Assembly (NCBI GenBank): GCA_965223845.1
Contig: CBDCXR010000004.1
Location: 5,408,001-5,472,000 of the forward strand
Direction: 5' to 3'
Length of the DNA stretch: 64,000 bases
Source: Planctomycetota bacterium
GTDB lineage: Bacteria > Planctomycetota > UBA8108 > SXIK01
Part shown: piece after piece, positions 21,301-28,140 of the stretch
Layout: the number at the start of each line of letters is the position of its first letter
How positions within the stretch are numbered: position 1 is the stretch's first letter
Translations under genes and position numbers: made by a program
Notes under the pieces: model-generated
Seen by the model: the letters and a program-made list of their open reading frames with translations, nothing else
Databases searched by the model: none
What the model was told of the DNA's origin: nothing

Positions 21301-21387
21301 GGAGGAGGTCGTCGCGGGCCCGAGGAAACCGAGCAAAAAGAAACCAGCGAGAACGAGGCGTGAATGCCAGCGCGAGTTAGACGTCAC
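15307..21387 (-). CDS. Secreted multidomain CotH kinase, paralog of 7215-12512 with an extra N-terminal GPFDDS domain; dockerin-like C-terminus
   Basis: GTG start with GGAG RBS; signal peptide; GPFDDS domain, then the same domain order as 7215 (DDGFVMWIN, LTD, IRYTLDGS, MRIQGG, YWGVFDLHE, NDDWPHHNW, SWDAE, LTDx3, PKD WDFDDG, QIPGDANQDG). Confidence 0.9.
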   Translation of the reverse strand: MTSNSRWHSRLVLAGFFLLGFLGPATTSSSRALHAEPELVRAFIFGSRDLSCELHNAPGQFYTAVVQTSPANLEYNSGRGWGYEVVDPDDTTRAGYGIFGPFDDSANDRNAFGDSCPEEIYDSFIGAKTFASPCSSEPAPATGECAPPEGIIFRIDLPPGVYRFVSAVGSADNLHAHRLTVEDGGAGGPASLGANHVVLVDNFDQAEHGQGVFARVGFDGLVPPPAAVNGFVDFGENGLVAASASSPTLDVTSGHIRVHQLKGKTSGTDANGGDLVIFEVWRVEDSFRAIEPGSTWRYFRGQSEASSPVPAWRALNFDDASWAAGAAPFGYGEAGIATDLSDLSPPMQSNYTTLFLRQTFEVSNITAVSELLARANYDDGFVMWINEIEVLRVNANGTEGDPVLYDDRAAGTHESGSIEEFQLPNPLDYLVNGTNIVCVEVLNATISSTDLFFDIEIVDPIAPDLVPPSVSSLVPFAGGTFRSLSQIEVTFDEDVTGVDAGDLLVDGAPASSVVGEGRGPYVFSFSPAAPGVVTVEWSSGHGIVDLGDFSNPFAGGSWTYTIDPDAPLGTVAINEILAVNRSGLRDFENEEGDWFELVNDGDASVSLAGWSVTDDPNEPGLWVLPNIVLAPGEHVVVFATGKDLTGGEPHTSFRLSAEGEYFGLFNAESPRQVISEIAPRFPPQQPDISYGRNGAGELVYFTAPTPGAPNSGGVTYDGYVLEPVAAPGRGFYDAPFDVFLSSGTPGAQIRYTLDGSPPSATSGTLYTGPFQISGSASRAVVTLRAIAYRSGFLPSRVSTYSYIFVDHVLTQPRNPSGFPSTWNSQTADYEMDPDVVNDPGHRNLILEGLTSIPTLSVVADVDDLFSSSTGIYANPSRDGPSWERPVSAEFIYPSGRASHQANCGMRIQGGSSVNNWKVIKVSMRLLFKGEYGPTKLRHRLFPDSTVDEFDTIVLDAHMNQTWQHPNHGQRVRGQYCRDQYVSDLQKAAGGLAPHDIFFHLYLNGLYWGVFDLHERADASFAASHYGGDKTQYDALRHSGSNVVDGSSSSWSTMMNFVRRDLSNTSNYLDLENHLDIRSFANYMLVNFFCGNDDWPHHNWYATKFRQPGFGFQFHSWDAEHTLKSVSIDRTSESRSGTPGEIYDRLRASPEFRLLFADEAHRHFFNGGILYVDEDDPAWDPAQPERNRPAAHWMRRIDEVDPAIACEAARWGDTRRPSEPYTRNDEWMAELNWLLTQYFPNRSGNVLGQLRSRGLYPNLGAPILSQHGGEVDPGFVLSMSLPAGTNGTIYFTTDGTDPRVFGSGAVSGRSESYEDPIILTDHAHVLARTRSGTTWSALAEATFSFADPREVLRVTEIMFNPVGGNGFEFLELKNTGTRTIDLAGARFSGIDFTFDSSATLAPGAFVVLVSDPASFASRYPGVDVDGEYFGQLANGGEEIQLRNAAGELIFDVDYDDGQLWPIGADGFGYSLVRIDETGDPDSPSSWGASRNVDGSPGSDDLGPAEGAVVVSEILANAADPLEGAIELFNRDPAAVDLGGWFLSDARTDAASLRKYRIPDGTILPSGESIVFYAIDFEPAGLSLEPAGGSVFLASADGGGALTGHIAEGRYEAGETGVSFGRFATSEDIDFGALSARTFGADSPASVEEFRTGTGEPNAEPRFGPLVINEIMYNPGGDREEFIEIFNPTGAPVSLYDDALGVGWNLRGVLNSTESGFFEFSAGDVVPSGGYLLVVGIDPAAFRSLHAVPGSVPIVGAFGGGVSDGGERLRLERPLFFANFGVVPTVVDEVRYNDKDPWPTEADGAGPSLERIVATSYGSDPVNWAASTRDGGTPGIANTAVSGGGNLLPGAVIAASPSSGDAPLEVFFDGTQSYDLDGEIVSYLWDFDDGAMSTSASIGHTFAAPGNYVVTLVVTDDDGAEDVASQFIFVGEDLGGGQIPGDANQDGRLDIADGVKILVELFVNPGGLPCDGPIDSAANAKVFDVNADAGVNVADALYVLNYLFADGPPPSLGTGCVPVLGCPDVCAF

Positions 21388-21540
21388 TGCTCAGAACTCC
21401 GAAGGAGATTTCGCCCCGTGCTAGATCCGCTCCAGCGCGCGTCCGCGGCGCCTGTCGCAGTAAAACCCTACCGATCGTCCAGAGTACCCACGAAGGCGGG
21501 CGAACTCACTCCCGCGCCGGGTCGCGCTCGCACAAGATCG

Positions 21541-21652
21541 CAAGTCTTTGTTTTGATTACATTTATGAACTCGTTCGCGGGCTAGCCACTCGCCGGCGCT
21601 CCGCGTACGACTCGTGGGGCTTGGCTGTAAGTCTTGGAAAATAAATGGTTTA
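21541..21652. promoter_or_regulatory. Two AT-rich 25-bp boxes (yAAGTCTT-N13-TTTA) in a divergent intergenic region
   Basis: 21541-21565 CAAGTCTTTGTTTTGATTACATTTA and 21628-21652 TAAGTCTTGGAAAATAAATGGTTTA; conspicuously AT-rich against the GC-rich background. Confidence 0.45.
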
Positions 21653-21757
21653 GGTCGGTCTGCCGGGCTTGCGGCATCGGATCCGAAGCCTTTCGCGCTC
21701 TCTAGGGTTTCAGCTACCATGAGCGTTTCCCCGCCACTTCATGGCCCGAGGTTCGGA

Positions 21758-24259
21758 ATGGACTTGCGCACTCGTTTCTACCTCCTTCCGCTCGCGATTC
21801 TCGGCGCGCTGACTCTCTCGTCCGGCGACCGACTTCGGGGCGAAGATCTTTCACCCGAAGCACTCGAGTTCTTCGAGAAGGAGGTGCGCCCGGTCCTCGT
21901 CCGCCACTGCTACCGTTGTCACTCCGAAGAGAGCAACCGCGTCCGCGGCGGCCTCCTCCTCGACACGCAGGAGGGATGGATGGACGGGGGCGACTCCGGC
22001 GCCGCTCTCGAACCCGGCGATCCGAACGCGAGTCTTCTCATTCGTGCTATCCGCTACGAAGACGAAGACCTGCAGATGCCGCCGAAGGGCAAGATGTCGG
22101 ACAAGGAAATTGCCGCGCTCGTCCAGTGGGTGCAGTCGGGCGCGCCCGATCCGCGCGTCGCGGACGGCGCCAAGCGGGAAGCGAAGGAGATCGATCTCGA
22201 AAGCGGACGCAGGTTTTGGGCGTTCCAGCTGCCCGAGAAGTCCGCGCCGCCCGAAGTGAGGAAGGCGGACTGGCCGCGCGATGAGCTCGATCACTACGTC
22301 CTCGCTGGGCTCGAAGCGAACCGTCTCGAGCCCGTCGCCGATGCCGACCGACGCGACTTTCTTCGCCGGCTCACGTTCGATCTCACCGGGCTCCCGCCGA
22401 CCACGGCGGAGATCCACGCGTTCCTTGCGGACGAGTCGCCCACCGCCCGCGAGACCGTCGTCGACCGCCTCCTCGACTCGGCGCGATTCGGGGAGCGCTG
22501 GGGGCGCCACTGGCTCGACATCGCTCGCTACGCCGAATCGACGGGCCGCACGCGGAACGTCCCCTTTCGCTACGCGTGGCGCTATCGAGACTACGTGATC
22601 GGTGCGCTCAACGCCGACAAGCCGTACGACGAGTTTCTTCGCGAACAAATCGCCGGCGATCTCCTCCCGGCGGAGTCGAACGACGAGCGGAACGAACACT
22701 CCGTCGCGACCGGTTTCCTCGCACTCGGCACGAAAGACCTCAACGAAAGAAACACCCGTCAATTTCTCGCCGACAACGTCGACGAGCAGATCGATACGCT
22801 GAGTCGAGGCGTCCTCGCACTCACCGTCGGCTGCGCACGCTGTCACGACCACAAGTTCGATCCGATCCCGACGGCCGATTACTACGCGCTCGCGGGGATC
22901 TTCGGCAGCACCGAGATCCTCGCCGGACTCACGGGACGCGGCGGAGGACGAAAGAACTACGAGAACCGCGACCTCCTGATCGCGCTCGAAACGGACGGCA
23001 CGAATCTCGAGCCGTCCGCGGAGTCCGCTCCCGAGACGAAGCCCAACGCGAAGCCAAATCGGGGTCTTCGCCGCCGCATCGCGCGTGTCGAGCGCGAGCT
23101 GCGGGAAGAGCGCGCGAAAATGGCGTCGGCAACGCGGGAAGAGAAGAGACGACTGCGCCCGCGCATCCAGCAGCTCAATCGTCAGCTCAACAACTTGAAG
23201 CGACAGAGTGCCGACGACACGCCGCCGATCCCCGTCGGCGCGCCCTTGGCTCTGGGCGTGCGCGAACGTGACCGACCGGTGAATGCACGCATCTACATTC
23301 GCGGGGAGGTTTCGAATCCGGGCGACGTCGTCGAGCGAGGTTTCCTCCGCGTCCTCGCCGTCGATGGGGCGAAAGAAGTCAACGCCAAGGCGAGCGGTCG
23401 ACTCGAACTTGCCAATTGGATCGCGAGCGACTCGAATCCTCTCACCGCGCGCGTGTTCGTGAACCGCGTCTGGCATCATCTCTTCGGTCGCGGGCTCGTT
23501 CGCACGGTCGACAACTTCGGCTCGACCGGCGCGGAGCCGTCGCATCCCGAGCTCCTCGACGCGCTTGCGGTGCGCTTCGTCGAGGGTGGTTGGTCGGTGA
23601 AGAGGTTGATCCGGACGATCGTTCTCAGCCGCACGTACGGACTCTCGACCGATCACCACGACGCGAACTACGAAGCGGATCCCGACAACGTCCGGCGCTG
23701 GCGGATGAGCCCGCGTCGCATCGAGGTCGAGGCGTTTCGCGACGCGATGCTCGCGGTGAGCGGCACACTTGAAGTCGAGCCGCCGAGCGGCTCTCCGGTC
23801 GAGCGACTGCGGTCCGCCGAACTCGGAAGGCGCGGCGGTCCGATCGATCTTTGGAGCGACCTCAGGCATCGACGGAGCGTGTACATTCCGGTGGTCCGAG
23901 GAATGGTCCCGCCGATGTTCGAGATCTTCGACTTCGCCGAGCCGACTCTCGTCAAAGGAAACCGCGACATTACCACGGTGCCGACGCAGGCACTCTTCCT
24001 CCTCAATAACCCGTACGTCCGCGAGCTCGCCGCGAGCGCGGCGAAGCGCGTTCTCGCGGCCGAAGGACTCGACACCCGAGGACGCGTTCGGCACGCCTAC
24101 GAGCTAGCCTTCGCTCGTCTGCCGAGCCCGGCGGAAGAGGCGCGAGCACTCGCCTACCTGAAGAGTGAGGACACCGCCGCAGACGAGGCGACGCGTGAGG
24201 ACTGGACGCGCTTCAGTCACGCACTCTTCGCGAGCGCCGAGTTTCGCTACCTCAACTGA
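21758..24259 (+). CDS. Planctomycete cytochrome c + DUF1549 (PSCyt2) + DUF1553 (PSD1) protein
   Basis: FFEKEVRPVL..CYRCH; RRLTFDLTGLPPT; GERWGRHWLDIARYAES; CARCHDHKFDPI; NPLTARVFVNRVWHHLFGRGLV; PSHPELLD; ASAEFRYLN. Start set to ATG 21758 (GAGG RBS, signal peptide). Confidence 0.92.
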   Translation: MDLRTRFYLLPLAILGALTLSSGDRLRGEDLSPEALEFFEKEVRPVLVRHCYRCHSEESNRVRGGLLLDTQEGWMDGGDSGAALEPGDPNASLLIRAIRYEDEDLQMPPKGKMSDKEIAALVQWVQSGAPDPRVADGAKREAKEIDLESGRRFWAFQLPEKSAPPEVRKADWPRDELDHYVLAGLEANRLEPVADADRRDFLRRLTFDLTGLPPTTAEIHAFLADESPTARETVVDRLLDSARFGERWGRHWLDIARYAESTGRTRNVPFRYAWRYRDYVIGALNADKPYDEFLREQIAGDLLPAESNDERNEHSVATGFLALGTKDLNERNTRQFLADNVDEQIDTLSRGVLALTVGCARCHDHKFDPIPTADYYALAGIFGSTEILAGLTGRGGGRKNYENRDLLIALETDGTNLEPSAESAPETKPNAKPNRGLRRRIARVERELREERAKMASATREEKRRLRPRIQQLNRQLNNLKRQSADDTPPIPVGAPLALGVRERDRPVNARIYIRGEVSNPGDVVERGFLRVLAVDGAKEVNAKASGRLELANWIASDSNPLTARVFVNRVWHHLFGRGLVRTVDNFGSTGAEPSHPELLDALAVRFVEGGWSVKRLIRTIVLSRTYGLSTDHHDANYEADPDNVRRWRMSPRRIEVEAFRDAMLAVSGTLEVEPPSGSPVERLRSAELGRRGGPIDLWSDLRHRRSVYIPVVRGMVPPMFEIFDFAEPTLVKGNRDITTVPTQALFLLNNPYVRELAASAAKRVLAAEGLDTRGRVRHAYELAFARLPSPAEEARALAYLKSEDTAADEATREDWTRFSHALFASAEFRYLN

Positions 24260-24296
24260 TCACGCTGCGATCGATCGCATTGCCGGGAGTAGAACC

Positions 24297-25679
24297 ATGA
24301 ACCCCTACAACGACGAACCTCTCGTCCGCACGCTCACGCGGCGCGAACTCCTCAAGCGGAGCAGCTGCGGATTCGGGTATCTCGCGCTCGCGGGACTGTC
24401 GACCGAGCTCGCCGCGGCCGATCGCTACCGCGACCCGCTCGCGCGCAAGACACCTCATTTCAGTCCGCGCGCTCGACGGGTGATCTTCCTCTTCATGCAG
24501 GGCGGACCGTCGCACGTCGACACCTTCGACTACAAACCTCAGCTCGAGAAGGACGCCGGAAAGAAAATCCGCGGCGGGCCGCTGATGCCCTCGAAGTGGA
24601 CCTTCCGGCCGCGTGGATCGAGCGGGCTCATGATCTCGGACGTCTATCCCGAGCTCTCGCGCCACGCCGACGAGCTTTGCCTTCTCAACGCGATGCACAC
24701 GAACAGCCCGGCGCATCCGCAGGCGACGGTCATGGTGCACACGGGCAGCATCAACTTCGTCCGCCCGTCGGTCGGCGCGTGGACGCTCTACGGCCTGGGC
24801 ACGGAGAACAACGACCTTCCCGGGTACGTCACGATCAATGCCCCGCAGCGGCTCGGCGGCGCGCAGAACTTCGGAAGCGCGTTCCTGCCGGCTTGCTATC
24901 AGGGCACGCCCATCAGCGGCGGACGCGGTCGCGAGCCCGGTCTAGCGAACTTGCCGAAGAGCGGAGCCGACCTCGAAGAGCAGCGCCGTCAGCTCGATCT
25001 CGTTCAGGCGATGAACCGCGACCTCCGAGACCGAGCGAAGGTGAACTCCGAACTCGACGGACTCATCGAGTCGTACGAGCTCGCCTTTCGCATGCAGCGC
25101 GCGGTTCCCAAGGTTCTCGACACGGCGCGTGAGACCAAGGCGACCCTCGACCTCTACGGGATCGGAGAACGGCAGACGGATGCGTTCGGGCGACAATGCC
25201 TCATGGCGCGGCGTCTCGCCGAGTCCGGAGTCCGTTACATCGAGGTGTGCCACAACGGTTGGGACCAGCACAACAATCTGACAGCGCGCCTGGGAGCGAA
25301 TGCGGCGGCGACCGACAAGCCCATCGCCGGTCTTCTCACCGATCTCAAGGCGCGCGGCCTTCTCCAGGACACGCTCGTCATCTGGGGCGGCGAGTTCGGA
25401 CGAACACCGAGCGCGCAGAACACGGACGGCCGGCGTCACAACAACCGCGGCTACACGATGTGGATGGCAGGCGGCGGGGTTCGCGGCGGAATTCGTCACG
25501 GCGCGACGGACGAGCACGGTTTCGAGGCCGTCGACGAGAAGGTCCACATCCACGACCTTCACGCAACGACGCTGCACCTTCTCGGACTCGACCACGAGAA
25601 GCTCACGTACCGCTACTCCGGTCGCGACTTCCGTCTCACCGACGTCTACGGGCGAGTCGTGAAGGAGATCATCGCGTAG
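24297..25679 (+). CDS. DUF1501 family protein (sulfatase-like fold), Tat-exported
   Basis: TRRELL twin-arginine leader; IFLFMQGGPSHVDTFDYKP; WDQH; GEFGRTP; HIHDLHAT; RDFRLTDVYG. Start ATG 24297. Confidence 0.92.
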   Translation: MNPYNDEPLVRTLTRRELLKRSSCGFGYLALAGLSTELAAADRYRDPLARKTPHFSPRARRVIFLFMQGGPSHVDTFDYKPQLEKDAGKKIRGGPLMPSKWTFRPRGSSGLMISDVYPELSRHADELCLLNAMHTNSPAHPQATVMVHTGSINFVRPSVGAWTLYGLGTENNDLPGYVTINAPQRLGGAQNFGSAFLPACYQGTPISGGRGREPGLANLPKSGADLEEQRRQLDLVQAMNRDLRDRAKVNSELDGLIESYELAFRMQRAVPKVLDTARETKATLDLYGIGERQTDAFGRQCLMARRLAESGVRYIEVCHNGWDQHNNLTARLGANAAATDKPIAGLLTDLKARGLLQDTLVIWGGEFGRTPSAQNTDGRRHNNRGYTMWMAGGGVRGGIRHGATDEHGFEAVDEKVHIHDLHATTLHLLGLDHEKLTYRYSGRDFRLTDVYGRVVKEIIA

Positions 25680-25704
25680 AGAACGAGACCGGGTCTGATC
25701 TACG

Positions 25705-25745
25705 AACAAGGCGGCCGGACTTCGGCGAAGTCCGGCCGCCTTGTT
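25705..25745. terminator. Bidirectional intrinsic terminator
   Basis: AACAAGGCGGCCGGACTTC-GGC-GAAGTCCGGCCGCCTTGTT, a perfect 19-bp stem between convergent genes. Confidence 0.85.
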
Positions 25746-25783
25746 GCCATGTTCGAGTCGCGAGATCGACCTCGTCGGGCTCC

Positions 25784-26335
25784 TCAGCGAACGAGCGACA
25801 CGAGCTCGCTTCGCGAGTAGACGCGCTCCGAACCCGATGACGCGTCCGCGACGAGTAGCCTCCCGTCGGGCAGCACCTCTCCCTCCGCGATCAGCTCGCC
25901 GTCCGCCCCCGTACGCGTCGCCGTTCCGTCTGCCTTTGCGAGCAGTACGGACTCATCGACGAGCACCCCCTTCTCGAACACGCGAATGGTGAGCTCGACG
26001 CCTTCATCGGTTCGCTGGCGCGTGAGCTCGATCGTCCGCTCCCCGTCCTCGATCGTCTTGATCTCGCCGGCGTCGGTGACCTCGTCCACGGGGTTTTCGC
26101 CCGTCCAGAATTCGATGCTGTTGAAGATGATCGCATCGCCGAGGGTCGCGAAGCCGTAGACCGGCAAGATGACGAGTCCGAGGAAGACGAGCTCGTTCAC
26201 CCACTTTTCGCCGACTTGGCCATTCCATTCGTGAAGTGCCTTTGTGATCTTGAACGGGCCGTAGCACGAGGAATTGAGCGTGACGACCGCGACCAAAAGA
26301 CACCCGAGCAGCCCCTGACGTGTGCGCTTCTTCAT
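25784..26335 (-). CDS. DUF3332 family lipoprotein
   Basis: MKKR leader with lipobox-like NSSC; CYGPF..T..L..WN..V..KWVNELVF....LPVY....GDAIIFNSIEFWTGENP signature; RBS AAGGA. Confidence 0.85.
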   Translation of the reverse strand: MKKRTRQGLLGCLLVAVVTLNSSCYGPFKITKALHEWNGQVGEKWVNELVFLGLVILPVYGFATLGDAIIFNSIEFWTGENPVDEVTDAGEIKTIEDGERTIELTRQRTDEGVELTIRVFEKGVLVDESVLLAKADGTATRTGADGELIAEGEVLPDGRLLVADASSGSERVYSRSELVSLVR

Positions 26336-26464
26336 CTTCTTTCCTTTGAACAAGCGACGAGCACAGTAAGGAAAACGGGACAACAGCCCCTTCTTCTACG
26401 AGACCGCGTCGCGAAGGGTCAACGGCGCGGAAAAGTTACCGGCCCCGCAGAAAGAAACGCATCC

Positions 26465-27502
26465 GTGATCGATCCACCTTCTCGGAACACGCGCAGGCGA
26501 AAAAGCTGGAAGCGTTGGGTCGCCGCTGTGCTCGTCGCGGGCGCGCTGGGCGGCGGTGCTTACTACTACAATTTCTTCGTCTACGGTCACTTCCACGTCG
26601 TTCTCGACGGCGAGGTGTACCGTTCGGCGCAGCCGACGCCCGCGATGCTCGACGCGTGGGTTCCAGCGCACGATCTTCGAACCGTCATCAATCTTCGCGG
26701 CAAGAGCTCGGGCGCGTTTTACCACGAGGAACGAGCGTCGGCCGAGCGGCTCGGGATCGCGATGCACGACGTCAAGTGGTCGGCGGTGCGCGAACCGCCT
26801 CAACCAGCCCTTCATCGCTTGATCGAGCTTCTCGAGACGGCGCCGCGGCCACTCCTCATCCACTGTAAGCGTGGTGTCGACCGGACCGGCGTCGCGAGCG
26901 TCATGGCTCAGATGGCGATCGGCGGAAGGACCTACGAAGAGGCTCGCCCACAGCTCAGCCTCCGCTACTGGCGATTTCCCGACCGCGACGACGACATCGC
27001 CGGCGTCCTCTACGAGTACGAGAAGCAGCGCCGGGCGAGCGGTTTGGAGCTCGGCGGGTGGCCCGAATTTCGTCGCTGGGCCCTCGAGGACTATCGCCCG
27101 GGATTCTATTTCGTGGAGATCTCTGCACCCGAGGAAGTGACTGCGATCGCCAGCGCGCCGGTCGACGTCGAACTCCGCATCACCAACCGATCGACGAAGA
27201 CGCTGCCGGCGGGCGATCCGGATCGACGGTTCTACGTCGCGACGTTCACCGGAACGAGCATCGAAGAGCTCCCCGACGAGATCCTTGGAACGACGACACT
27301 CGAACGGCGGGACCTCGCGCCGGGCGAGTCGCTCGTCCTCCGCCATCGCTTCGAGCTGCCGACGAAAGGGGAGGCGGGTGCAAAGTCGTTCGAAGCTCGA
27401 CACGACATCGTCGAGAGCAAGGTCACCTGGTTCGCACGCCAGGGCTCACCGATGGGATCGACGATGGTCACGCTGAATCGCGGTGCGCCGGCGTCGCCTT
27501 GA
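26465..27502 (+). CDS. Membrane-anchored cysteine-based (PTP/DSP-like) phosphatase with C-terminal Ig-like domain
   Basis: Basic N-terminus plus TM helix; YRSAQP, TVINLRG, P-loop HCKRGVDRTG (Cx5R); C-terminal ITNRS..L..DLAPGES beta-sandwich. The GTG start at 26465 is approximate. Confidence 0.8.
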   Translation: MIDPPSRNTRRRKSWKRWVAAVLVAGALGGGAYYYNFFVYGHFHVVLDGEVYRSAQPTPAMLDAWVPAHDLRTVINLRGKSSGAFYHEERASAERLGIAMHDVKWSAVREPPQPALHRLIELLETAPRPLLIHCKRGVDRTGVASVMAQMAIGGRTYEEARPQLSLRYWRFPDRDDDIAGVLYEYEKQRRASGLELGGWPEFRRWALEDYRPGFYFVEISAPEEVTAIASAPVDVELRITNRSTKTLPAGDPDRRFYVATFTGTSIEELPDEILGTTTLERRDLAPGESLVLRHRFELPTKGEAGAKSFEARHDIVESKVTWFARQGSPMGSTMVTLNRGAPASP

Positions 27503-27520
27503 GTTGGATTGAGCCGATCT

Positions 27521-27991
27521 TCACTCCGCTGGCACGTCCGGAAACGCGCTCGTGTGATCGTGGACGATCTTCCAGCCGTCCTCGCCTCGCTCGAAGACGA
27601 CGGTGAAGACACCCGACGGTCGATCGGCTTCGCGCTCGAGCGTCCAGCGGCCGGTCACGACTGCCGCGCGCCGACCAAACGATCGCTCCTCGATCTCGCT
27701 GAACGCCAGTGTTCCCATCGCTTTGCGATCCGGATAGCGGCGGCGGTAGCGTTCGAGTACGGTCTCCCAGCCGCGGATCGTCCCGCTCGCACTCGAGAAG
27801 CTCGTCGCAGGAGATCGGCGGTAGTCGTTCATGAACGAGTCGATGTCGCCGCGATTCCAGGCAGACTGCTGTCGCCTGAGAACGGCGGTGGGTCCCGGCG
27901 ACTCGCCCGGTGCGCGACACGAGCTCGCGGCGAACGCGAGAGCAAGGAGGGCACCGACGCTCACTCCTCGCAAACACTGACGAAACGACAT
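27521..27991 (-). CDS. NTF2-like/DUF4440 (YybH-like) lipoprotein
   Basis: Lipobox-like AASSC; [14 protein letters not shown]; [20 protein letters not shown]. Confidence 0.85.
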   Translation of the reverse strand: MSFRQCLRGVSVGALLALAFAASSCRAPGESPGPTAVLRRQQSAWNRGDIDSFMNDYRRSPATSFSSASGTIRGWETVLERYRRRYPDRKAMGTLAFSEIEERSFGRRAAVVTGRWTLEREADRPSGVFTVVFERGEDGWKIVHDHTSAFPDVPAE

Positions 27992-28140
27992 TCGATCTCC
28001 TTTCTCGCGAGCGTTTTCGCGGCCAACCGACGACGCGTCGGGAGTGCGCGCCGGGCTTTCGCCCCAGCGGCATCGAGGTTACGCTGAAGATCCTTCCCCC
28101 CTGGAGCCAAATCTACGCTCAGTCGAAGAGGATCTCTTCT

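Noticed and set aside
3153-21387. Classical cellulosome or sporulation locus
   Set aside because: No glycoside hydrolase catalytic domains, canonical cohesin array or sporulation genes were recognised. Dockerin-like and CotH domains alone do not imply either.
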